A DNA stretch of 64,000 nucleotides from Octopus bimaculoides (GCF_001194135.2 NC_068982.1:44439654-44503653), one strand, 5' to 3'; positions 13,255-25,164 are shown, numbered from the stretch's first letter. A program made the numbers and translations. Notes: generated by a model not told the origin, from the letters alone.

Positions 13255-13345
<91 letters not shown>
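13255..13345. repeat. (TG)n microsatellite
   Basis: Perfect dinucleotide run, representative of many (TG)n/(TA)n/(GA)n arrays across the window. Confidence 0.95.
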
Positions 13346-13346
<1 letters not shown>

Positions 13347-13864
13347 TGTGTGTTCGTGTGTGTTTGTGTGGTGCGCGATGGTATTAAACAGAAAGTGAAC
13401 TCTAATGTTAGTCTTATGATCCACAACTAACTTAAAGTTATAATTAATAATGATTTTACCTTCTTTATAATACATTAAACACAGATGCTAGAATTTATTG
13501 GAACTTAAATGAAATCTTTGAAAATGTATAAACTCATCCATCGAGTCGAAGGTCACTCTCTACACATTGACAGAATTTCGTACATGAATTAGTTCAGACG
13601 CAGCTCAACCATCTGTAAAATATTTTCAGCTGACTGCATTATAGGATTTGATGGAGTATGGAATGTGGATGGACCTGATAGGAGCATTGACTTCGACTTT
13701 CAGTCTCAGACGATTCAAAGCTGAAGCATATTTGTAGGATATTAATAGTTAGCATACACAAGAGTACGATATAACTATTTAACCAATTTGTATAATTAGA
13801 AAGACTATTGAGCCTAAGTCGAAGAAATTACGATACAGTAATAAGTGCTTCTAATACATACGGA

Positions 13865-14060
13865 CACAAGACTAAAAACTTGACGAAGGGTTAAATCGAT
13901 TAAATCATCCCCAGTACTTGACTAGTGTTATATATTTATCGACCCTTAGGAAAGAGAGGTGAAAGGCAAATATGACGTGTGATTTGAACTCGGGACGGAC
14001 AAATTCGGAAAAAAATACTACAGGGAAGCTTGTTCAACGCTCTATTTTTCCAATCAACCC
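13865..14060 (-). mobile_element. Degenerate SINE, family A
   Basis: atccccagtacttgact..tttatcgaccc..gaaaggcaaa..gatttgaactc. Confidence 0.6.
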
Positions 14061-14094
14061 CTCCTTTTTCTAATAAAGTAATAATTTCTTAGTA

Positions 14095-14219
14095 TATAAG
14101 GGGGTGCTGAAAAGTTCCTGACTTCGATAAAAGAAAATACAGGAGGATCAGTTATGATTTAATTCAACATCTCAGATACACACACTTATTGCTACGGTCA
14201 TTCAGGCTTTGTAAGCCCT
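14095..14219 (-). mobile_element. Mariner-type transposon 3' end with TIR
   Basis: Terminus ta..aggggtgctgaaaagttcctg. The minus strand encodes a decayed L.DR.NKCV.L tail like the mariner C-terminal (RW.KCV...G.YVE) motif. Confidence 0.6.
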
Positions 14220-14493
14220 GTGATGCCCTTAGATGTCCGGGGGTCGCACGCGTGCTACACTGGAGGTATCAGTGGGCGCGGTCTCTCCCAGCCCGAGAAG
14301 GTCGGGAAACCTCTGAACCACCTCCCGTGATAGGGATCGGGGCCTAGAATCAACCCCGTGAACGAGGAATTCCCGGTAGGCGCGGGTCATCAGCCCGCAT
14401 CGATCACGTCCCTGCCCTTTGTACACACGGCCCGTCGCTTACGACTGATCGACCCACGAGTCCGCTTACGCGCGGCGGCGGCATTACGCGACG
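14218..14493 (+). rRNA. Orphan 18S rRNA 3'-region fragment (pseudogene)
   Basis: Conserved 18S motifs ctgtgatgcccttagatgtccgggg, gctacactg, gaacgaggaattccc and acgtccctgccctttgtacacac.gcccgtcgct. It is GC-rich and divergent and ends at an N-gap. Confidence 0.9.
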
Positions 14494-14669
14494 NNNNNNN
14501 NNNGAAAGTGATGAAAGCAATCCGTGTGATATCAAGGTCAATGTAATTAATAAATTTATAGGTAAAAAGATTAGCTTGTATCGGCTACTTTAAATAACAT
14601 ATCTTGTAGTTTTCTGTTTCAGTTTATTTTAGCGTGTCGGAAGTGAAAGTGGAAGAAATTGTAAATATT

Positions 14670-14891
14670 GGTTTCAAATTTTGGCACAATGCTAGCAATT
14701 TCATGAGAGAAGGGTTAAGTTGATTACATCGATCCCAGTGTTCAACTGGTACTTATTTTATCAACCCCAGGAAGGATGAAAAGCAAAGTTGACGACCTCG
14801 GTGGAATTAGAACCCAAAACGTAAAGACGAACGAAATGTCGCTAAGCAGTTTTTCCCAGTGTGCTAACGATTCTGCCAACTCGTCGCCTTA
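14670..14891 (-). mobile_element. SINE, family A
   Basis: Full copy from the head taaggcgacgagttggcagaatcgttag to the tail ttgtgccaaaatttgaaacc. Confidence 0.85.
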
Positions 14892-14910
14892 CCTTGTAGG
14901 ACAAAATATT

Positions 14911-15330
14911 CTTTTCTACTCTAGGCACAAGGCCCGAAATTGTTTGGGGGAAGGGGGCCAGTCGGTTAGATCGACCCCAGTACGCAACATCCGAAAGGAT
15001 GAAAGGCAAAGTCGACCTCGGCGGAATTTGAACTCAGAACGTAAAGACAGACGAAATACCGCTAAGCATATCGACCGGCGTACTAACGTTTCTTATTTCT
15101 TTATTGCCTACAAAGGGGCCAAACATAGAGGGGACAAACAAGGACAGACAAGGAGATTAAGTCTATTACATCGACCCCAGTGCGTAACTGGTACTTAATT
15201 TATCGACCCCGAAAGGATGAATGGCTAAGTCGACCTCGGCCGAATTTGAACTCAGAACGTAGCGGCAGACGAAATACTGCGGAGCATTTCGCCCGGCGTG
15301 TTAACGATTCTTCCAGCTCTCCGCCTTCTC
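14911..15330 (-). mobile_element. Dimeric family-A SINE bounded by a 15-bp TSD (GTAGGACAAAATATT)
   Basis: Identical 15-mers at 14896-14910 and 15331-15345 enclose two head-to-tail monomers joined by ...gcaataagaaataagaaac|gttag. Confidence 0.85.
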
Positions 15331-15724
15331 GTAGGACAAAATATTGAAAGACATAAGTGGGTTCAGTTCACAGTTGTTGTGGATTACCTCCAAACCAGCC
15401 ATGGCGGAGAAAACTGATGATCAAAAACATTTGCTCTATGATCATCCTGTTTAATCACAAGTATGTGTTAGACCACATTTTCGAATATGTTCTTACCTTT
15501 CCCAAGTCTGATGACTACTTGACTGCTATTTCTAGCAGATCGAGCGAACTATAAGGGCTCTCTCGTTTTGTTAAGTTAATAGTAGAAGCAACAGATAACC
15601 CAGAATTTAAACTGTTTTACGCCAAATAGAACAACAAAAGAGAGGCTAAAAACAGTGGTCTTGAAATTACATAGTATTTAATTCGATGATCTACCACCTC
15701 GTCCTTCTCCACCACTTCTACACC

Positions 15725-15932
15725 AGGAAAATTGGCACAAGTCCATAAACTAGGTAAAAAGGGGACAATCGATTATATCGACCACAGTGTCTTAATAGTA
15801 CATTTTTAAAATCCAATCTGGAAGGATGAAAGGCAAAATTGATTTCGGCATGATCTGAACTCAGAACGCAAAGAGCCAAAACAAATACTACAAGGTATTT
15901 TATCTGACACTCAAACGATTCTGCCAATCACA
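15725..15932 (-). mobile_element. SINE, family A
   Basis: ggatgaaaggcaaaattgatttcggc..tgaactcagaacg..aacgattctgccaa. Confidence 0.7.
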
Positions 15933-17509
15933 AAAGAATATAGGAAATTCAATTATTGTAGCTTGGATCAAGATCAATATTTGGTATTGAAGATGTATGG
16001 TCGATTGAATCTATCCATGTATTCACCTAGTAGTCATTTTATCAACTCTGAAGTGAGAGTTAGGATCTGTTAGAATGTAGAGTAATGAGACTAACTATTG
16101 TAACGTATCTATTCAGCTCTTCTTAAGTGTCAATCAACTCCACTGATAAATTGATAATATTATTGAAAGTATAGAAAATGTTATGCCAAAAATAGTGGAG
16201 ATTATTGAACTGTAACCGATAACAGGAGATATTATTAATGATTGTGGTAAGAGGTTCTCGTAATGTTACTAATGCTTTATATATTTCGTTCAAAAAACTA
16301 TGTGAGATACTTTATAAGTAGTTTTTTCACTGTGAATTTTACTGGAAATATAATCGATCTAGTCTAACTGTAACTGTAATATGTAAATGAGTTGAATAGG
16401 TCTCCAGTGTCTAATTCGGCATGACACTTCGATGCGTTGAAAAACGGCCTAAAACATTAAATATATTTCGTTATATATATATATATATATATTTAACTTC
16501 TGCGTGAGTTTAGATTCTAAGAATGTAGAAAAAAATTAAATACGAATAAATTTATTCTGAAAGTTAATACTTGTTTCATTTTGGAGATATGGCTTTAGCT
16601 TTATAACCGGTGAAATCATCTCGAAAAAACCCAAATAACATGCTCCACTAAGAGTAAAAAAAATGATTAGCACAAAGGCATCAATTTTCACATAGAAAGC
16701 AAGTTGATTACATCGAACCAGCAATATCGACCATGGCGGAATTCAAAACCAGAAAGTAAAGAGTCGAATGAAATGTTGCTAAGCATTTTGTCCGACTCGC
16801 TAACTAGTCTACGAGTTCGCTACTTAACTATTAATAAAAGCAAACTAATACTTGTTATTTTAACAATCTTTTTAGTAAATCTTAACATAACCCCCTTCTT
16901 GTTGGTAAGATCACAATTAATTAAAACCAATAATATATAAGTATATTGGCGACCAGTGTATGAACATCAACATCTTATCATAACCAAGGAAATAAGTGAG
17001 AACGTACTTCAAACTTCGTCTTTTNNNNNNNNNNGGGGGGGGTTATGTAAACATTAATTACGTTGAATAATAAAAAAAAATTTCAGATGGGCAATGCAGT
17101 TAAACCCTTATCGAACCCGCAAAAATAAATGTGAATAAAAATCGAACTAATTTGGAACATGTACTCGAAAACAAGTGTTGAAATTGGATATTTGAATATA
17201 CTTTATTCTATACTTCCCTTTTTATGCCATCTCAGCCATAGTGAAAATATATTTATAGAACATGGCTATAGTTGATTAAACAAACTTAAGTATAGGGAGA
17301 TTTATGTTTATAGGGAGATTTAAGCGCCCCCTAACCAAACTGATAAATGCATGCATTTCGGAGTAGTTACCTCCTCTCAGTACCGACACTAGAAAGAGAA
17401 ACGCTACGAACTGATAAGAAACAAATCTTATTATATTGCCCTCACCGTACTGCTTGCCTGCATATGGAACATGGAATAGAAGCGCTAAGCAGTGGTGTGT
17501 ACAAATACA

Positions 17510-18492
17510 AACTTGGTCGTTCTGATAAGAAAAGAACTCCTGAATTTGTTGGTGAGATCCAGACCATGATTGTCAATGATTCCTCTAAGTCAATCAGGTC
17601 CATCGTCAGGAATATAGGAGTGTTTGAGTTTCTTATCAAGCAGGTAGTGCATGAAGACATTCGGTATTCCTCATACAAGATGAGAAAGAGCCAATTTTTA
17701 TCCCAAGTCATCAAAGACAAGAGGAAAGACCGTGCTACGGAGCATCAGAACAAACTCAAGCATCCTCTCCAACCGAACATGTTTTGGTTTTTCTCAGACG
17801 AGAAAAATTTCTGCCACAATCAGATGGTGAACACACAGAACAACCGTTGGTTCGCCGTGTCCCCAAAACATGTACCGAGTGAGATAAAAATCAAACATCC
17901 AGTCAACATCATGGTGTCTGGAGTGATCACTAGTGATGGCGACGTCATGGATCCGTTCATCTTCCCACACAGCTTTTGACTCAGCACGGAGACCTACATC
18001 AAGTGCCTGGAAGAGGTACTGTTGCCCTGGGCGAAGAGGGTGGCTGCTGGAAGAACCTATGTCTGGCAACAGGACTCTGCACCATGCCACACAGGCAGGA
18101 GAATCCAGTCATGGCTGTCAGACAATTTTTGCGACCACATCACTTCTAACATCCGGCTACCTAACTCCCCAGACTGCAACCTCTTTGATTATGTGTGGTG
18201 CACAATTCAGCGAGAGACTAATACACCTTGAAACACCAAAGATGAACGGAAGGCAAGAATTATGGCAGCATTCACCAACTTAAACAAGGAGACCGCCCAG
18301 AAGAGTTACAGGAGATTCCGAAGTCGCTTGGAGTCCGTGGTTGAAACCAATGTCGATTTTATTGAATAAATTTACTTTTTAGTATTTCAAGATATTTCTT
18401 TGTAATTTTGATAAATATATCTGTTAAAATGAGATGTCAGTGTTATTTTCACTTTTGCGTAACTTAGACGACAATTCATTCATCGCACCCTG
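17510..18492 (+). mobile_element. maT/ITm DD37D transposase pseudogene with right TIR
   Basis: FFSDEKNF...QQDSAPCH...SPDCNLFDY, with 37 residues counted between the 2nd and 3rd D. Stop/frameshift near 17979. The right TIR reverse complement reads cagggtgcgatgaatgaattgtcg and is followed by TA. No left end is visible. Confidence 0.9.
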
Positions 18493-18512
18493 TACACACA
18501 CATACACACACA

Positions 18513-18551
<39 letters not shown>

Positions 18552-19741
18552 GAAGAGAGAGGAATTCACTGAAACAGCAGGTTTGATGTCTTGTTATGAA
18601 TGGTTTTTCATTTAGCGACTAGAATCAAATATAACAGTTGTTTACAATTTCACTTATCATGTGTACTACTGTGGAAATGACATCTATATTTTGCATACTG
18701 TTTGGACAGCGGGGCATATCTTTTATTAGTTATCACCTTATGATCACAAAGGTTTTGGTCACCACAACCAGAGGCCCACCTTTTATCTATTTATTGTTAT
18801 CCATGCAATCAACACACCGAAAGAATAAAAGGAAGAATAAAATGATACGGAAGATATACACATATATGCACAAACACTTGCAAACATACCCACTAACACA
18901 CACACGCGCGCATATACACAGATGTATGTGTGCGTGAGTTGCAGTGCAATCCAAACATTGACTTTATTAACTATATATACATACATATATATATACATAC
19001 ATACATATATATATATATTTATATATATATATATATATATATNNNNNNNNNNNNNNNNNNNNNNNNNNNNNNNNNNNNNNNNNNNNNNNNNNNNNNNNNN
19101 NNNNNNNNNNNNNNNNNNNNNNNNNNNNNNNNNNNNNNNNNNNNNNNNNNNNNNNNNNNNNNNNNNNNNNNNNNNNNNNNNNNNNNNNNNNNNNNNNNNN
19201 NNNNNNNNNNNNNNNNNNNNNNNNNNNNNNNNNNNNNNNNNNNNNNNNNNNNNNNNNNNNNNNNNNNNNNNNNNNNNNNNNNNNNNNNNNNNNNNNNNNN
19301 NNNNNNNNNNNNNNNNNNNNNNNNNNNNNNNNNNNNNNNNNNNNNNNNNNNNNNNNNNNNNNNNNNNNNNNNNNNNNNNNNNNNNNNNNNNNNNNNNNNN
19401 NNNNNNNNNNNNNNNNNNNNNNNNNNNNNNNNNNNNNNNNNNNNNNNNNNNNNNNNNNNNNNNNNNNNNNNNNNNNNNNNNNNNNNNNNNNNNNNNNNNN
19501 NNNNNNNNNNNNNNNNNNNNNNNNNNNNNNNNNNNNNNNNNNNNNNNNNNNNNNNNNNNNNNNNNNNNNNNNNNNNNNNNNNNNNNNNNNNNNNNNNNNN
19601 NNNNNNNNNNNNNNNNNNNNNNNNNNNNNNNNNNNNNNNNNNNNNNNNNNNNNNNNNNNNNNNNNNNNNNNNNNNNNNNNNNNNNNNNNNNNNNNNNNNN
19701 NNNNNNNNNNNNNNNNNNNNNNNNNNNNNNNNNNNNNNNNN

Positions 19742-19795
<54 letters not shown>

Positions 19796-20038
19796 CAGAA
19801 AAAATGCGATACATACAAACTGCAGTTAGCGGTGTACGTTTCCCTGTACACGCTGGTTACGTGCATCCTCTGCAGTGTGTATTCATAGTACAGTTAGATG
19901 CAAGTCCAAAACAGCTTATCTAAACTCATCGAAGTTTAGCTTCTAATCTAAGTTCCTCTGAAGAACAATATTACATTATGTTGACGCAACCAAGTGTGTA
20001 TGTGTGTGTACATACATGTACATATCGTGCACGCACAC

Positions 20039-20091
<53 letters not shown>

Positions 20092-20714
20092 GGTATGTAT
20101 GAGTATGTATATGTATGTATTATATATATTCCTGTATTCCTGTGAGGTACCTGTGTCCAGTACAGGTGGTTTGTGTGGTAGGGTTGGAGGAGAAGGGATA
20201 TCTACAACACAGAATCCGGAAGACTGGTCTTATGAACCTACGACCCAGGAAGGGCAACTCTATTTTCTGTCAGTACTCTACACTTAGTAGTCTTATGCAT
20301 ATAATTCTTTTTCTAGAACTGGATCTTGAAGTACATATAGAGCTATGTATCTACATCTCCTGTAAACATGACCACCTATCTAAAAGGGATTTCGAACCCA
20401 ATATTTACATGATATTATTTGTTGGAAATAGCAGTCGAAAACCGTACGACGCTATGTAAAGCTTCCCTGAATGTATAGAGGCAAAGATGCGTGCGGGCGG
20501 CAAGCATAAAAAAATTTCGTCTTACCTCTAGGAAAAATGCCAGAGAAAGGGACAACCTAGTACTTGAATTTCGGACTTTCAGTGAAGCTTTACATAGCGC
20601 TATTCCAGGTTTATCGCAGGAAAATAATACTATTACAGTTCTATATTTAAGATATGAGGAATTATGTACATTATTTACATTTAACGGATATTTGTCCTCA
20701 TCTTGTTTGTTGTT

Positions 20715-20760
20715 AACACAACGTTTCGGCTGATATACCCTCTAGCCTTCATCAGGTGTC
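20715..20760 (-). ncRNA. Minimal type I hammerhead ribozyme motif (PLE pLTR, inverted copy)
   Basis: Minus strand: gacac CTGATGA a ggct agagggtatatc agcc GAAA CG TT gtgtt. Stem I gacac/gtgtt, stem II ggct/agcc. Confidence 0.75.
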
Positions 20761-21592
20761 TTGGGGAAATTTCGAACCTGGGTTCTCATTCCTAAGATAC
20801 TTTTCAATGTTATTATTAAAGTCATTGCCTGGAATCGAACTCATTTCCCAAACCAAACATCTCTAAGGAGGAAAAGTTCGTAACAAAAGACTACAGAGTG
20901 ACAATTCCATAATAATACTTCCGGCTGGCAAGGGAAAGGCTACAGTGGTGATGAACAAGTCTGACTACAAAGAAATGATCAAGCTCAGTAACAATCTATT
21001 AAGCAACAACTACCCACAAAACGTACTATCCACTCCAATTATGAAGAAAAGAGAGGATGAAATCAATAAACTATCTACAGTCTGTCTACCCGATGTAAAA
21101 GGCCTCTCCGATAAGATACAAAAGATATGCGGCCCATATGACATCAGGACAGTATTCAAGAGTAATACAACACTTCGCAAATATCCCCTTCGGGTAAAAC
21201 TACCAATAGAAGAGAATATGACCAAAGACTGCGTGTATTCCATCCCATGCAGCTGTGGTAGATTATACAAAGGCGAAACATGTCACCCCCTCAAAATAAG
21301 GGTAGAGGAACATCGCAAAGTTGTGACACGAGGAGATATTGATAAATCGGGTATAGCTAGTCATGTATGGAAAAATGGAAACCACCTCCCCCCGTAGGAT
21401 GAAGTTAAAATAATAGATAAAGAACACCACTAGAAAATACGAAAACTAAAAGAAGCAGCACATATGCTAGGACACAACAACCTGCTAAGCAGGCCGAGTG
21501 CAGATATGAATAGCGTATGGGACCCGGTATTAAGAAAGGATAGAAAAGTATTAGATTTATAAGCCCTAAAATTCACTCCATAATTGCCCAGA

Positions 21593-21665
21593 GGCATATG
21601 GCATAGTGGTTAAGAGCGCGGGCTACTAACCCCAAGATTCAGAGCTCGATTCGAGGCAGTGACCT
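21593..21665 (+). promoter_or_regulatory. tRNA-like Pol III module (A box and B box) inside the Penelope 3' region
   Basis: A box TGGCATAGTGG (21599-21609), D-loop gtggttaa, anticodon-like arm ggg-ctactaa-ccc and B-box-like gagctcgattc (GAGTTCGATTCC in the inverted copy at 20831-20842). Also present at 12297-12350 on the minus strand. Confidence 0.7.
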
Positions 21666-21726
21666 GGATAATAATAACATCGAAAAATACCTTAGGAATG
21701 AGAACTCAGGTTCGAAAATTCTCCAA

Positions 21727-21770
21727 GACACCTGATGAAGGCTGGAGGGTATCAGCTGAAACGTTGTGTT
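21727..21770 (+). ncRNA. Minimal type I hammerhead ribozyme motif (PLE pLTR)
   Basis: gacac CTGATGA a ggctg gagggtat cagct GAAA CG TT gtgtt: intact core and palindromic AACGTT stem III. Confidence 0.75.
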
Positions 21771-22059
21771 AACAACAAACAAGATAAGGACAAATATCCA
21801 TCAAATGTAAATAATACTATTGTAATAACATTTATGAATTTATACACACACGCATATAAATTAAATAAATAGTTAACAGGAATGAGTACGTTTAGGCAGA
21901 AATTTAATTAACACTACACATGTTTTGATCCACATAAACACAGGATTTAAATTAAGCAACGGTTTACCTGTATAATGGGATCCAGTTGTATTTCCTCAGG
22001 TGATATATAATCACTGTCCCCGTAAGTAAATCTTTGATGTTAACACGTCCAACTGTATG

Positions 22060-22330
22060 TTTATAGCTCAGTGGTTAGAGTGTCGGGCTCGCAATCATGA
22101 GGTCCAGCTCGATTACTGAACAGGGTTGTGAGTTTTGTCCTTGAGCAAGACACTTTATTTTACGTTACTCCGATTCACTCAACTGTAGAAATGAGTTGCG
22201 ACGTCACTGGTGCCTTTTCCTTGGACAACATCGGTGACGTGGAGAGGAGAGGTTGGTATGCATGGGAGACTGCTGGTTTTCCATAAACAGGGTTGGCAAA
22301 AAAGTTAACCGACAGTAAATCAACATTCCA
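22060..22330 (+). mobile_element. tRNA-derived SINE, family-B-related with a different 3' end
   Basis: Head tagctcagtggttagagtgtcgggctc and core tgtccttgagcaagacactttatttt. Confidence 0.7.
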
Positions 22331-22525
22331 TAAATATTATATGTAATTCTGTATCGACTCGAATGGGAAAATGTGTCGCTCAAGAAAGACTTCAGTTTGA
22401 ACAATTTTCTTGATGTTTCATAGTTAGATGCTTTTATTATATTCATTCAGTTGTTAAGCCTAAATAAATCTTGGAGTTAAATGGGTTTGATTTACTGTCA
22501 GGTGACTCTTGGCCATCCCTGTATT

Positions 22526-22631
<106 letters not shown>

Positions 22632-22989
22632 TGTATGTATGTATATATATATATATATATATATACATATACTTATATATACATACAAAGAGAGAATGAG
22701 AGAGAGAGAAAATGAACTGGTAGTTCGTTAGAGCATGCGATGGAACACCTTACAATATAATTTCCAGTTGTCTGTACTTGGAGTTCAAATCCTGCTGAGG
22801 TTAACTTTCCATTTCAGTAGTTTGTTGTCGGTAAATAAAATATTACTAAAATGCTGGCCTGAATCGTTTGGACAGTGGACGAGATACCCTACGGTATCCG
22901 TTTCCACTTTGTATTTTGACAACACCGGTACCAATCTGTGAGGTACTACATTTTCTGAGTACAATACAGATGATACGAAAGTGGGAGAT

Positions 22990-23075
22990 TCCTTGTTTGT
23001 CCCCTCTGTGTTTAGCCCCTTGTGGGCAATAAAGAAATAAGAAATGCTAGCACGCCAGGCGAAATGCTTAGCGGT
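22990..23075 (+). mobile_element. Junction fragment of the dimeric SINE
   Basis: ccttgtttgtcccctctgtgtttagccccttgtgggcaataaagaaataagaaatgctagcacgcc..: same monomer junction as 15075-15150 (minus strand). Confidence 0.7.
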
Positions 23076-23598
23076 ACTTCGTCCAAGAGAGTTAGGGGTT
23101 GTGAATCCAATCCACTAAGGGATAATATCTATCCAATATACTGCTGGGAGGGTACCCAATTATTATTACACTAGTGTTTTTACTAAGTGCAATAAATGGG
23201 TGAGGGTAAAAGGAGGTTTTACCCTAAATTTGTATAGCAATAAGAAAATGGAGGGGAATATGTGGTACTCATCAACTTGCAGACACTGTACTATGTTAAT
23301 TAATCCGTTTATTTTTCAACCCATAGGACAATAAAGACAATATACAAACACATATGGAAAGGCAAACGGTTTGGCAAGACTTGACAATGACATAATTTAG
23401 CTATATGATAAAAAAAAGTATACAACAGCTTTTTCGAGAATAACCTGCTATTGGAACATCGTGTCGAGCGGGGATTCCATAGGCCGAGTAAACCGTCATA
23501 GAGAGGGAGAGGTTAAACAGGTGTAACAGTGGAGGAACATTACTCATCAATGATATTATTGTATTGAGCACTCAGAATGTATATCTATCAGTTTGAAT

Positions 23599-23632
<34 letters not shown>

Positions 23633-23754
23633 CACACACACACAGATAGATAGATAGACACATAGATGGATAGATATGTTGATACAACCAGGAAAAATTA
23701 GAACTCAAAATATGAGTATACGTATATTTTTTTTAATATTCTACAGACGCAAGG

Positions 23755-23888
23755 CGCGAGGTGGCAGAAACGTTAGCACGTCGGGCGAACTGCTTAACGG
23801 CACTTCGTCTGTCTTTACGTTCTGTGTTCAAATTCTGCCGAGATCAACTTTGCCTTTTATCCTTTCAGGGTCGATAATTTAAGTACCA
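23755..23888 (+). mobile_element. SINE, family A (cut by a gap)
   Basis: aaggcgcgaggtggcagaaacgttagcacg..ttcaaattctgccgag. Confidence 0.8.
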
Positions 23889-24183
23889 NNNNNNNNNNNN
23901 NNNNNNNNNNNNNNNNNNNNNNNNNNNNNNNNNNNNNNNNNNNNNNNNNNNNNNNNNNNNNNNNNNNNNNNNNNNNNNNNNNNNNNNNNNNNNNNNNNNN
24001 NNNNNNNNNNNNNNNNNNNNNNNNNNNNNNNNNNNNNNNNNNNNNNNNNNNNNNNNNNNNNNNNNNNNNNNNNNNNNNNNNNNNNNNNNNNNNNNNNNNN
24101 NNNNNNNNNNNNNNNNNNNNNNNNNNNNNNNNNNNNNNNNNNNNNNNNNNNNNNNNNNNNNNNNNNNNNNNNNNNNNNNNNNN

Positions 24184-24229
<46 letters not shown>

Positions 24230-25164
24230 GCATATGTGCATGTATCTATTTATTGTTTTACTCTTCCACTTAAGATACCCAGCTGCTTAAATTTGATGGT
24301 AACAGTAAAGAATTTGTTGATTAATTTATATTTCTATGAATCATATTTGATAAGAATTTCAAATTGGAAACCACATATTGATCCATCCCTCAAGTAAATA
24401 GTCAACACTCCTAGTATCTTATCTCGTACGAAAAATTAATTTCCCAGTCATGTGCGACTAAACATTTATCAGACTCTTATTAGCTGTCATCGAAACTCCG
24501 GTATTATTGTGTGCGGTCGTCATTCTAGTGAAGACGAAAATTTCCAACATGGAGCCCAGAGACTAAATTTAAATAAAACACATAACTCTGAACATATTGA
24601 TTATTTATCTATAGTAATACACAAGAATGAGCTTTTTCAAAGTCGTATACATGGCACAAATGCACAAATCAAATTCTGCCATATATTTTCGTGTTGGCAT
24701 CCAGCCTAAATGTCTATTGGCTCCATCATTTATCAAACAACATTAATAGAACCACTTATCCCTGTTCGCGTAACGAAAAATAACCTTCAGAAGACTCGCA
24801 CATTCTCGTAATCCCTTTTCCCAAATTATTCCGAATAAGATAAACCTGTATAAAAACAGGAAACCTACAAGTTTTCAATAAGCTTATAAATAATGGATAC
24901 CATAAATACGGCAACATAGATATAAAAATTTCTGTTCAAAACAGAAGCCATCTGTTTCTCCATAAAAGTCAAATAATAAAATACATGTTATCTCTTCAAT
25001 TGTTGATCATTCACATGTCATCAACAAATACGCTATAGCTTCAGTATTTAGTAAATAATTACGTCGTAAGAGAGTGGGCTTCTCTTTCGCTTGCTTTTCT
25101 CTTTTGTAACGCTTTTATTTTATCATTAAAAAAGCACTAGACATATATCTTCAGTTTTTAACGT

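Larger units (their letters stand above)
20670..21815 (+). mobile_element. Penelope-like element: inverted 5' pLTR, RT core deleted, GIY-YIG endonuclease, tRNA-like module, hammerhead pLTR
   Basis: 20670-20842 is the reverse complement of about 21642-21815. 20843-20985 encodes PKPNISKEEK..ILPAGKGKATVVMNKSDYK (PLE RT N-terminus) fused to NNYPQN..LPDVKGLSDKI..CVYSIPCSCGRLYKGET..R..EH (thumb and GIY-YIG). Stops at 21397 and 21430; terminal stop at 21560-21562. Confidence 0.9.

Noticed and set aside
15395-15520. gccATGGCG start (MAEKTDDQK..) and two CTGATGA words
   Set aside because: The reading stops after 17 codons before any donor site, there is no GAAA partner for a hammerhead, and there is no proper C/D-box terminal stem.
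24400-24830. Minus-strand DFEKA-like RT motif
   Set aside because: It is a single short motif with wrong spacing to a putative Q.GFR and no convincing downstream QG or YADD motif.
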